Shown here: positions 36,786 to 45,756 of the stretch, piece by piece
Position numbering within the stretch: position 1 is the stretch's first letter
How the letters are laid out: the number at the start of each line of letters is the position of its first letter
NCBI GenBank assembly: GCA_039793615.1
Contig: JBAMLJ010000028.1
Coordinates: forward strand, 1 to 58,958
Origin: a bacterium
GTDB lineage: Bacteria > Patescibacteriota > Minisyncoccia > UBA6257
Direction of reading: 5' to 3'
DNA length: 58,958 nucleotides
Translations under genes and position numbers: made by a program
Notes under the pieces: generated by a model
Told to the model about the DNA's origin: nothing
Databases searched by the model: none
Seen by the model: only the letters and a program-made list of their open reading frames with translations

Positions 36786-39293
36786 TCATTTCAAAGTTAT
36801 TATTTCAAAGTTATTATTTCGATAAACAAAATGTATTTTACTATGAGTTTTTATTTCCCCTTTTAAAATTACTTGCGCTAATCTATCTTTAATATAATGT
36901 CTAATTACAGAATCTAGAGGACGGGCACCAAAAACTGGATTATATCCTAATTGAGCAATTTTATTAATAACTGAATCATCAAAATCAACTGATATGTTTT
37001 TATTCTGTAATATTTTAGTTAAATTATTTAATTTTAATTTTACAATTTGTTTAAGATTATCCTCAGTTAAAGGTTTAAAAACAACGATTTCATCAAAACG
37101 ATTTATTAGTTCAGGCTTAAAGTAATTGGTTAATTTTTTCTTTAAATCATCAGTTAATTCTTTAAATGGCACTTTAACTTCAATTTGCTTTTTAATGTAA
37201 TCCGATAAAGCATTGGAAGTGGCAATAATAATAGTATTAGTAAAATCAATTACTTCGCCTAAATTATCGGTTAATCTTCCTTCGTCAAATAAAGGCAAAA
37301 AGAGATCTAAAACTTTAGGATGAGCTTTTTCAAATTCATCCAAAAGAATTAAAGAAAAAGGCTTATCTTTTACAGCTTCAGTCAAAGCCCCCCTTGTTGT
37401 TCCTTCAGGATCGCCAATAAAACGGAAAATGCCTCGTTGATCCTGATATTCTGACATATCAAATCTAATCATAGTTTTAACACTTCCAAAATAAACTTGG
37501 GCCAGATTTTTAGCTAATTCAGTTTTTCCTACTCCAGTGGGACCGACAAATAAGAAAACTGCAATTGGTTTATTGGGATTACTTAAACCAGCACGATATT
37601 GCCTAATAGCACTTGCTACCAAACGCACTGCTTCTTCTTGATTAATATAATTTTCGTGAAGATATTTTTCTAAATTTAATAATTTATTTTTATCTTCTTC
37701 ATCAGAAATTTCTAAAGGAATACTAGTTTTAACACTTACTAAATCCACAATATCTTTTTCAGTTACCACACTTTTACCCATTTGTTTTACCCCTTCCAAT
37801 GCTTCATGAATTAATTTTTCTGCCGAAGATGGCAAGGGAACATTAGTCAAGAAGCGTTTTGCTAAAAAAACAGCTCTTTTAATTGCTTGATAAGTAATAG
37901 TTATTTTTTCTTTTCTTTCTAAATCGATACTTCGGAAGGCTAAAATTTGAATCGCCTCTTCTTCTGATACTTCATTTACTTTTATGATTTCAAAATTATC
38001 CTGAATAAAAGAGTCTTTTTCTAAAAATTTCTTATAATCTTCTATTGTAGAAGTGGCAATTAATGGTAAATCACTAACGATTAATGGTTTTAAAATTTCT
38101 AAAGAACTCAATCCTCCTTCTTGGGTAACTAATTTATAATTATGAAGGTCCGGTAAATATAAAATAATATCATTATTATTTAAAACTTCTCTTACAATAT
38201 TTGATAAATGATTGGTAACATCTAAAGGAGAAGTAATATTTTGTAGTAAATTAGTAAAAGGAAGTTTAATGAGGCGAAAATCTAAAAGTGGTTTGGGAAC
38301 ATTATTTTTAGTTAAATTATGCGCTAGATAAGAGATAATTGTTTCTTTACCTGAACCCTCTTGACCAATTAATAAAACACACTTTTTAAGGGGACGGCTT
38401 AAAACAGTAATTAAAGTTTTATATTCTTCATTATGGCCAATCATTATTCCGATACGATATTGTTGGGCCAAATCAGTATAATCTAAACCAAATTCATCGA
38501 GAGTTGGGGTTGGTAATGATGTTAAAGAACGATTAACTTTTGCCCTCTTTTTAAATTTTTCGTATCTATTTTGAATTTCCGAAATACCGCTAATTAAATT
38601 AAGGTTTCTTTGTTTTGATAATAAATTAATAATAATACCAATTTGCGCATCTGTTAGGGTAATATTTAAATCAGTAAAAATATTATTAATGGTAGGATCA
38701 TTTAAGTCAAAAAGAGCCAAGAAAAGACAATAATTATTTAAAAATGATTGTTTAATTAAAAATGATTTTTGCAAAGCACTTAAGAGTAAAGAATAAATAA
38801 AATCTTTTTCTTTTTGTTTTAAGATTGTTATTTCTGAACTATTTTTAAAGTTTTGAATAATTAATTCTTTAATTTGTTTTATTTTTACAAAATCAATGTC
38901 TAAATATTTTAAACTAGTAATAATTTCTTGTTTTTCCAATAAAACATAAATTAAAGAACTCCCTAAAGGCATTTTAAAATAATAGGACAAAAAACGAGCT
39001 TCAACTAAGACATTTTTAGTATTTTCATCTAAAAACCAACCTAAATTAACTCGATCTTTTTTAAGAATTTTTTCGGTCAAAGGATAATCGGAAAAACGAG
39101 AGCGAAAGACAAGAAAGATAAAAAAGAAAGTTAGAAGAATGCCAAAATAAGAATAAGGTTTAATTGATACTAAACTAATGATAATACAAATAATTAATCC
39201 TGACCAAAGAAAAAAATAAAAAAGCAAACGATAAATAATAATTTTCCAGCGAGGCCAAAAAAGATATTTATTTTCTAAATAATATAATGACAT
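36786..39293 (-). CDS. Membrane-anchored Clp/Hsp100-like double AAA+ ATPase with a degenerate first Walker A
   Basis: N-terminal TM helices (aa about 15-75) and Clp_N-like repeats. D1 reads LLIGQEGSGKETIISY (GK-E instead of GK-T/S). D2 reads [19 protein letters not shown], with LLDEFEKAH and GARPLDSVI. Confidence 0.75.
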   Translation of the reverse strand: MSLYYLENKYLFWPRWKIIIYRLLFYFFLWSGLIICIIISLVSIKPYSYFGILLTFFFIFLVFRSRFSDYPLTEKILKKDRVNLGWFLDENTKNVLVEARFLSYYFKMPLGSSLIYVLLEKQEIITSLKYLDIDFVKIKQIKELIIQNFKNSSEITILKQKEKDFIYSLLLSALQKSFLIKQSFLNNYCLFLALFDLNDPTINNIFTDLNITLTDAQIGIIINLLSKQRNLNLISGISEIQNRYEKFKKRAKVNRSLTSLPTPTLDEFGLDYTDLAQQYRIGIMIGHNEEYKTLITVLSRPLKKCVLLIGQEGSGKETIISYLAHNLTKNNVPKPLLDFRLIKLPFTNLLQNITSPLDVTNHLSNIVREVLNNNDIILYLPDLHNYKLVTQEGGLSSLEILKPLIVSDLPLIATSTIEDYKKFLEKDSFIQDNFEIIKVNEVSEEEAIQILAFRSIDLERKEKITITYQAIKRAVFLAKRFLTNVPLPSSAEKLIHEALEGVKQMGKSVVTEKDIVDLVSVKTSIPLEISDEEDKNKLLNLEKYLHENYINQEEAVRLVASAIRQYRAGLSNPNKPIAVFLFVGPTGVGKTELAKNLAQVYFGSVKTMIRFDMSEYQDQRGIFRFIGDPEGTTRGALTEAVKDKPFSLILLDEFEKAHPKVLDLFLPLFDEGRLTDNLGEVIDFTNTIIIATSNALSDYIKKQIEVKVPFKELTDDLKKKLTNYFKPELINRFDEIVVFKPLTEDNLKQIVKLKLNNLTKILQNKNISVDFDDSVINKIAQLGYNPVFGARPLDSVIRHYIKDRLAQVILKGEIKTHSKIHFVYRNNNFEIITLK

Positions 39294-39295
39294 AA

Positions 39296-39634
39296 CTAAA
39301 AACTTTTAATAACTAAATAAAAAGGCATTAAAATCCATAATATATATAAAAACCAATAAAAAATGCTAAAAATTATTATTACCAAGCTTCCAAAAATAAT
39401 TTTTGTTAATCTAATAATAATACTTAGAAAATAAGCAGTAACGGAGTAATATCTCCATAATGGCACTAAAAAGTAACGAATATTAATTGATAAATTAGTT
39501 ACCCGATCCAATTGTAAAACTTTATCCCAATAATTATTATTGAAAAAATCAAAAGAACCCAAAAAATAGGCTCTTAAAAAATCCTTTAGATAAAATCCTA
39601 TTCTGAAAAAAAAGTAATTTAAAACATCAAGCAT
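39296..39634 (-). CDS. Small membrane protein, apparently translationally coupled to the downstream AAA+ gene
   Basis: 112 aa with 2-3 hydrophobic helices. Its stop is 2 nt before the AAA+ ATG. Confidence 0.4.
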   Translation of the reverse strand: MLDVLNYFFFRIGFYLKDFLRAYFLGSFDFFNNNYWDKVLQLDRVTNLSINIRYFLVPLWRYYSVTAYFLSIIIRLTKIIFGSLVIIIFSIFYWFLYILWILMPFYLVIKSF

Positions 39635-39662
39635 TGTTTAATTATACCACGGCATAAATATT

Positions 39663-40922
39663 TTAAAAAAGCAATTTTTGTTCTTTATCTTTCTCAAATT
39701 TTTTATTTTCATCGATTAAAACATGAATTTTCCCATATTCTCCATCATAACCAGCAATAAGTTCAACTTTATCTTGTCGCACATTAATAATTGCTTCAGC
39801 AATTTGTTCTTTTGTTATTGTTTTTAATTCTTCTAAAGAAGTATCTAATAAAATTGTAAATTCATTTTTAAAATGATGAACTAGTTTTTGATATTCTTCT
39901 TCTACTAATTTTGTTTTTACTTGAACATTTAAAACATCAGCAATAATTTCTCTTAGGGGAATTAAATGTTTAAAAGGAATTGCATTGTCTGGAATAAAAC
40001 CATACGGACGATCAGCTAAATCTTCTACCCTTGATAAAACTCCAATTGTTAAAGGCTTGTGACAAACGGGACAAATTCCATTTACTTTTTTTCTTTCTTC
40101 TGGGCTCATACTCACTTTACATAATCGATGACCATCATAATGGTATTTACCTTCTTCAGGATAAAATTCGATAGTATATAAAAATTTATTTCGATCTTTA
40201 TTAACAATTGCTTCTTTTAGGGCGTAATAATCAAAATCAATATCGAAAACGTTTGCTTCTCTACCTAAATTATTAAGAGAATGAGCATCAGAATTAGAAA
40301 CTAAAGCAAATTGATCTAATTTCGAAAACATCCAATTCATCTTGGGATCACTACTTAAACCAGTTTCTAAGGCAGAAATTAAATTAATATTATTATTAAA
40401 AGCCTCTTCTAAACTATCAAAACCAGACATTGAACCAAAAACAGAAAACCAGGGTGTCCAAATATGAGCCGGAATAAACATTGCTTCCTTCTCGATATTA
40501 AAAACAATTTTTAATAATTCCTCCGAATCTAATCCTAAAATTGGCCTCCCATCGGCTTTTAAATTTCCATGCCAAGATAAAACATTATTAATTTTTTCTG
40601 CAGCTTCTAAAGACGGAACGATTACCAAATTATGAACCCTTCTTACTCTTTTATTTTTCGTATAAATATTAGAAATTTCTACACTTAAGATAAAACGGAG
40701 TTTAGAGTTTTGGTCATCATTTTTTAAACGATATAAACCTCTTTCTGCCGGCTCTAATTTTTCTTTTAATTCTTGAAACCATTCTGGGTGAGTAAAATCT
40801 CCAGTAGCCACAATATTTAGTCCTTTTTCTTTAGCTTTTAAGGCAATATGTTCTAAATCCATATCCTTCGAGGTTGCTCTCGAATATTTAGAATGAATGT
40901 GTAGATCAACTATTATTCTCAT
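39663..40922 (-). CDS. PHP-domain nuclease of the endonuclease Q-like (TIGR00375-type) family
   Basis: VDLHIHSKYSRATS (PHP motif I), GDFTHPEW, SNSDAHS, the Zn finger CPVCHKPLTIGVLSRVEDLA, and C-terminal GYDGEYGKI. Confidence 0.55.
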   Translation of the reverse strand: MRIIVDLHIHSKYSRATSKDMDLEHIALKAKEKGLNIVATGDFTHPEWFQELKEKLEPAERGLYRLKNDDQNSKLRFILSVEISNIYTKNKRVRRVHNLVIVPSLEAAEKINNVLSWHGNLKADGRPILGLDSEELLKIVFNIEKEAMFIPAHIWTPWFSVFGSMSGFDSLEEAFNNNINLISALETGLSSDPKMNWMFSKLDQFALVSNSDAHSLNNLGREANVFDIDFDYYALKEAIVNKDRNKFLYTIEFYPEEGKYHYDGHRLCKVSMSPEERKKVNGICPVCHKPLTIGVLSRVEDLADRPYGFIPDNAIPFKHLIPLREIIADVLNVQVKTKLVEEEYQKLVHHFKNEFTILLDTSLEELKTITKEQIAEAIINVRQDKVELIAGYDGEYGKIHVLIDENKKFEKDKEQKLLF

Positions 40923-40950
40923 AATTTTATCGTATCCCCATTAATTTTTG

Positions 40951-41022
40951 TATCCCCAACAAGACTCGAACTTGTATCTCAAGCTCCGGAAGCTTGCGTT
41001 TTATCCGTTAAACTATGGGGAC
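40951..41022 (-). tRNA. tRNA-Arg (anticodon CCG)
   Basis: Hand-folded cloverleaf. Acceptor is GUCCCCA/UGGGGAU plus discriminator A. D arm is GUUU-AACGGAUA-AAAC. Anticodon arm is CAAGC-UUCCGGA-GCUUG. T arm is ACAAG-UUCGAGU-CUUGU. CCA is not encoded. Confidence 0.85.
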
Positions 41023-41054
41023 AAAATTATTTGGCACGTTAAATTATAAATTAA

Positions 41055-42224
41055 TTAAAAATTAATTAATGATTGAATTAATGCTCCGGCTAATAAAGCA
41101 AAAATTAATCCAAAATAGAGTAAAGGAGTGAGATTAATTTCATAATTCGGAAGTAAATCCGACTTTTCTTTAGCCTTCTTCAAACTCATTAAAATAATAA
41201 TCCCCTCTAATCCTCCTATTGTTGCCCCCAAAATTGACATCAAACGAGGAAGATTATTAATTCCTAAGAAATATAAAGTAATTGGTGAAAGGATCACTAA
41301 AAAATTACTTACGAAAGGAGAAAAATGAAAATCGTTGGTAAAACTATTCTTAATATATAAAGCAAACATTAAATAAGAAGTAATCACAGCCAAAAACCCT
41401 AAAATTGAACCAAGAATAATAATAGGTTTTCCTAAAACTTCTTTTAATCCCGAAATTGCATCAATAGTAGTATTTTCTCCAGAAACTCCATAAACAGAAA
41501 TCATAAAAATTAAATAGCAAAAAACTGTAATCAAAATTCCATTAATAATAATGTTCTTCAAATTATTAATTAATTTCCTTTTTTTTAATATATTATGCAC
41601 TTCAGGAATTGCTACCATCCCATTTAAAGCGTAAAAAAGAACACCGTAAGGCAAAATAAAAAACCAACGATTATTATTAATCTGAAAATTAAAATTACTT
41701 TTAATAATATGAGGAAACAACAAGAAACCAATAACAATAAAAATAATTAATAATAAAAGCGAAAGTATTAAATTTACTTTAGATGCTAAATTCTTTTTAC
41801 TTAAAATAATGATACTTAAAAAAAGCCAAGTAATTATTACCAAAAATCCTAACGGAATTATTTCTGGAGAAACAAAAAGAGAAAAAAAGTTTTGTAAAAA
41901 TTTTGCACCCAAGATAAGATAAATTAAAAGGGAAAAAGCAAAAGTTAAATTCGTGGTAAGAAATAAAAATTTTTTTGCCTGACTACCAAGATAATAACCA
42001 GCAAAACCTGGTAAACGAAAATCTTTAGCTGTTCTTAAAACCAGTTCACCGTAAGCTAAATGGAGATAGAGCAAAATTAAAGTAGTGATAATAAACCAAA
42101 AAATAGTAGCAAAAAGTCCCGATATTTTTATTAAATATGGTAAAACAAAAACACCAGCACCAATAATAGTACCGATCAAAGCAAATAATGCTTCGGCTTT
42201 AGTAATATTATCTTTTGTAAACAC
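41055..42224 (-). CDS. Amino acid permease-like transporter
   Basis: 389 aa, about 11 TM, with N-terminal ALIGTIIGAGVFVLPY typical of amino-acid/aromatic amino-acid permease families. GTG start. Confidence 0.6.
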   Translation of the reverse strand: MFTKDNITKAEALFALIGTIIGAGVFVLPYLIKISGLFATIFWFIITTLILLYLHLAYGELVLRTAKDFRLPGFAGYYLGSQAKKFLFLTTNLTFAFSLLIYLILGAKFLQNFFSLFVSPEIIPLGFLVIITWLFLSIIILSKKNLASKVNLILSLLLLIIFIVIGFLLFPHIIKSNFNFQINNNRWFFILPYGVLFYALNGMVAIPEVHNILKKRKLINNLKNIIINGILITVFCYLIFMISVYGVSGENTTIDAISGLKEVLGKPIIILGSILGFLAVITSYLMFALYIKNSFTNDFHFSPFVSNFLVILSPITLYFLGINNLPRLMSILGATIGGLEGIIILMSLKKAKEKSDLLPNYEINLTPLLYFGLIFALLAGALIQSLINF

Positions 42225-42226
42225 AA

Positions 42227-42478
42227 CTATTCTATTAAATAAATTTCATCACCCTCTTTTACTTTTTGATCTACTTTCATCCCAATCATTTCCCCTTTTG
42301 AGGCACTGGACACATTCTGATGCTCTTTCTGGATAGAAGTTACAACCTGATTAAAATCAGTATTATTGCCTTTAATGTGAATATTATCATTAACTTTTAA
42401 ATCACTGGTTAATTCAACAATGGCTACTTGAATTTTATCGTAATAATGGGTGATTTTTCCAACTAATTTTTCTTCCAT
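42227..42478 (-). CDS. Small beta-barrel protein (EF-Tu domain II-like, 'translation elongation factor-like')
   Basis: 83 aa. VGKITHYYDKIQVAIVEL...GDEIYLIE resembles the small translation-factor domain-2-like barrels. This is a weak call. Confidence 0.35.
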   Translation of the reverse strand: MEEKLVGKITHYYDKIQVAIVELTSDLKVNDNIHIKGNNTDFNQVVTSIQKEHQNVSSASKGEMIGMKVDQKVKEGDEIYLIE

Positions 42479-42544
42479 AATAAATTAATATTTATATTTT
42501 CTCGACCTTTTAAATATTATACCATTTTCAAATTAAAATCTCAA

Positions 42545-43987
42545 TTAACCTTTAATTACTGCCAAAGGCACTAATTGAATTACTTTTTGAGCTAAATAAG
42601 CTTTTGAAACCACTTCCACTACCCGATTAACATCTTTATAAGCTAAGGGTGCTTCTTCAGCTAAATTATAAACCGAATTAACCATTACTATAATTCCTTT
42701 TTTTTCTAATTCTTCTTTTAAAGTTTGGCTAGACATTTTTCGCATTGCCTCATGACGTGACATTGTTCTTCCGGCACCATGACAAACAGAATAAAAACTT
42801 TCTTCTGCCTCTTTTAACCCTTTTAAAATATAAGAAGCTGTTCCCATTGAACCAGGAATTAAAATTGGTTGCCCAATTTCTTGATATTTAAAAGGAATTT
42901 CTGGGTGAAAAGGAGGAAAAGCACGAGTTGCTCCTTTGCGATGAATCAATAATTTTTTTTCTTTTCCATCGATTTGAAATGTCTCTAATTTAATAATATT
43001 ATGAGCCACATCATATAAAATATCTAAATCATCCTTGAGGCTAGGAAATACTTTTTTAATTGCTTTTCTTATATAATAAGTAATCATCTGACGATTAGCC
43101 CAAGCATAATTAGCAGCTGCAGCAGAAGCCTTAAACCCCTCCTGACCTTCTTGTGATTGAAACGGAACACAAGCAAATTCTTGATCAGGCACATTGATTT
43201 TATATTTGGGCATTAAATTAACGAATTTTTTGATATAATCAGTTGCCACCTGATGCCCTAAACCACGCGATCCTGTATGAATCATGATTACTATTTGATT
43301 TTTAAATAAACCAAAAACTTGTGCCGCTTTTTCATCATAAATTTCATTAACTTTTTGAATTTCTAAAAAATGATTACCCGAACCAAGAGTTCCTATTTGA
43401 TCTCTCCCTCTTTCTTTAGCAGTTAAAGAAATATAACGATGGTCAGCATAATTTAAATTGCCATTACTTTCGCAAAACTCTAAATCATTTTCATTTCCGT
43501 AACCTTTTTTTACTAAATATTTAGCACCTTCATCTAAAATATTATTTAATTCTTCATCACTTAATTTTATTTTTCTTCCCTTGCCTAAACCAGATGGAAC
43601 TGCCTCATAAATTTCTCGTGCTAATTTTTTTAAAAATTGTTTGATTTCATTTTCTTCAAAATTAGTTTTAATTAATCTCATGCCACAATTAATATCATAA
43701 CCCTGCATTCCAGGCGCAATTATTCCAATTTCGCTATCAATTGCAGCTACTCCCCCAATAGGAGAAGCGTAACCCTCATGAATATCGGGCATTGCTAAAG
43801 CATACTTATAAATTCCGTTTAAAGCGCTAACATTTATGAGCTGTTCTAAAGAGCGATCTTTTAAAATATCTTCTAACAAAACTTCATCCGCATAAAAACG
43901 AGCACTAACTTTCATAAAATCTTTGTAACCTTTTGGAATCTCCCAAAGATAATCGTTAATTTTAATAATATCTGATTTATTAATCAT
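42545..43987 (-). CDS. rtcB: RNA 3'-phosphate ligase RtcB
   Basis: PDIHEGY, GYDINCGMR, GSGNHF, HTGSRGLGHQV, and CHGAGR with the catalytic His. Confidence 0.93.
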   Translation of the reverse strand: MINKSDIIKINDYLWEIPKGYKDFMKVSARFYADEVLLEDILKDRSLEQLINVSALNGIYKYALAMPDIHEGYASPIGGVAAIDSEIGIIAPGMQGYDINCGMRLIKTNFEENEIKQFLKKLAREIYEAVPSGLGKGRKIKLSDEELNNILDEGAKYLVKKGYGNENDLEFCESNGNLNYADHRYISLTAKERGRDQIGTLGSGNHFLEIQKVNEIYDEKAAQVFGLFKNQIVIMIHTGSRGLGHQVATDYIKKFVNLMPKYKINVPDQEFACVPFQSQEGQEGFKASAAAANYAWANRQMITYYIRKAIKKVFPSLKDDLDILYDVAHNIIKLETFQIDGKEKKLLIHRKGATRAFPPFHPEIPFKYQEIGQPILIPGSMGTASYILKGLKEAEESFYSVCHGAGRTMSRHEAMRKMSSQTLKEELEKKGIIVMVNSVYNLAEEAPLAYKDVNRVVEVVSKAYLAQKVIQLVPLAVIKG

Positions 43988-44406
43988 ATATCAAAAGTAA
44001 TTATTGCTTTATATTGTCGATTATTTGTTTCAATTTTTAAACCATAATAAGTGGCTGCCTTTATTTCCAAATCGAATCTTTTAACTTTTATTCCCAAAAT
44101 TCTTGCTTTTAATTTATTATCTTTAAGATCATTAATCTCACAATGAGGAAAAATGGCATTATTAATATCGCTTAAAGATAAAACCTCATTTAAAGAATCA
44201 ACCATTAATTGTTCCAAAGAATTAGCTTCAATATTAATGTCTTTCTCAAGAGACAATTTCTTTTTTTTAACTAATTCGTTTACTCTCTTATAAAGAAGAG
44301 AGGCCATTAACTCAATGGCCCCCTGAAATAGTTCTTCTAATGAAGAAGCTTCAACCTCAATTCTTAAATCAGCTGGATGATTAAGAATTTTTAGCTGATA
44401 ACTCAT
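43984..44406 (-). CDS. Archease (RtcB activator)
   Basis: 140 aa with the N-terminal HPADLRIEVEASSLEELF pattern and the C-terminal ATYYGLKI strand. A 4-nt ATGA overlap with rtcB. Confidence 0.8.
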   Translation of the reverse strand: MSYQLKILNHPADLRIEVEASSLEELFQGAIELMASLLYKRVNELVKKKKLSLEKDINIEANSLEQLMVDSLNEVLSLSDINNAIFPHCEINDLKDNKLKARILGIKVKRFDLEIKAATYYGLKIETNNRQYKAIITFDI

Positions 44407-44668
44407 TAATTTTATTAACTAATTTTTTAGCTAATTGAGATTTTTCTCGGCTAGCTTTATTCTTATGAATTAAATGAATTTTAGCCATTTTATCTATTTT
44501 TTTATAAAGTAAGCCGAGCTGTTTTTTACTTACTTCGATATCATTTTTAACCAAACTCTTTAAAAATTCTTTCTTTAGTTTTTTGTACTCTTCTTTTTTT
44601 TGATAATTTCGTTCCTTATTTCTTAAGCTTTTCTTTAAAGCTCTTTTTGCGGTACGAGTTACTGCCAT
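44381..44668 (-). CDS. rpsT: 30S ribosomal protein S20
   Basis: MAVTRTAKRALKKSLRNKERN is the canonical S20 start. Helical and basic, 95 aa. Confidence 0.88.
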   Translation of the reverse strand: MAVTRTAKRALKKSLRNKERNYQKKEEYKKLKKEFLKSLVKNDIEVSKKQLGLLYKKIDKMAKIHLIHKNKASREKSQLAKKLVNKINELSAKNS

Positions 44669-44793
44669 AAAATTTATTTTATTGATTAATTATTTGTTTT
44701 ATTATTTATTTAATTTATTTATTTTTAAATTATTTAAATTCTTTATTTATTTTATCATTTATTTATTTTATCAAAGTAAAAAGAAAAAATCAA

Positions 44794-45747
44794 TCAAACC
44801 TTGCTAAAATCCAAAACAATTAAATTTAAAGCTAAACCAGGATCGATTTTTCCGCTTTTTATTTTTAAATCATAATTACTTAATTTCTGATAAATCGAAA
44901 GTAATTTTGTAAAATTATATTTTTTGCTTAATAAAAATAATTTTTTGGCTACATAGGGATGAATATCAAATTTTTTACTTACTATATAAATATTTTTATC
45001 AGAAGTTTGATTTAAAATAATTAAGGTTTTAATTTCTTTAATTATTTGCCATAAAATTAATCCCACGGATCCTGATTCCATTTCTTTTTCTAAATATTTA
45101 AAAGCTAGTGCTATCTTTTTATTTACCAAGGCATCGAGCAAATTAAAAATATTACTATTATTTTCTAAATAAATATTATTCAAAACATCATTTTTAGTGA
45201 TTAAACTTTTGTCAAGCTGCGATAACTTTTTTAAAGCGAAATAAATGAAAGCGGTATCATCTTTAAAATTTGCTTCTAAAATATTTAAAGCTTCGCTATC
45301 TAATTGAATTCCAAAAGATTTTGCTTCTTCTTTAATAAAATCGGTTAATTCTTTTCCTTTTTTAAAAGAGAAATCTTTAAAAATTTTTGCCTTATCTTTA
45401 AAGAAATTTAAATTAACTTTTGAATTATCTTCAAAAATAATAACCAAAATATCTTTTGCTTTAAAAATTTTATTTTCTTTGAATAATCTAATAATTTCTT
45501 CCTGAAAACTTTTGGGAGCATAAGAAAAAATATTTTCTAATAAAATAACCTTAGTACTACTGAATAAATTTCTCTCATTAAAAATACTTTTTAAAATATC
45601 TAAATCTTCATTAATATTGTTTTTTATATTCTTTTCTTTAAAATCATAAGAAAAATAAAAAGGATTGGTTTTAAAATAAAAATTTCTTACCTCATTTAAA
45701 TAACGGCGTGATAAAAAAGTGTCATCACCATAAATAACAATCAACAT
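44794..45747 (-). CDS. holA: DNA polymerase III delta subunit
   Basis: 317 aa. Starts MLIVIYGDDTFL with a delta-like three-domain length. Family-level call by pattern and context. Confidence 0.7.
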   Translation of the reverse strand: MLIVIYGDDTFLSRRYLNEVRNFYFKTNPFYFSYDFKEKNIKNNINEDLDILKSIFNERNLFSSTKVILLENIFSYAPKSFQEEIIRLFKENKIFKAKDILVIIFEDNSKVNLNFFKDKAKIFKDFSFKKGKELTDFIKEEAKSFGIQLDSEALNILEANFKDDTAFIYFALKKLSQLDKSLITKNDVLNNIYLENNSNIFNLLDALVNKKIALAFKYLEKEMESGSVGLILWQIIKEIKTLIILNQTSDKNIYIVSKKFDIHPYVAKKLFLLSKKYNFTKLLSIYQKLSNYDLKIKSGKIDPGLALNLIVLDFSKV

Positions 45748-45756
45748 AGGATTATA

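Noticed and set aside
40932-40958. 9-nt direct repeat gtatcccca: the tRNA-Arg 3' end duplicated 18 nt away, a possible att-site scar
   Set aside because: The copies are separated by only 9 nt with nothing inserted between them, no integrase is nearby, and a 9-mer match is too short to interpret.
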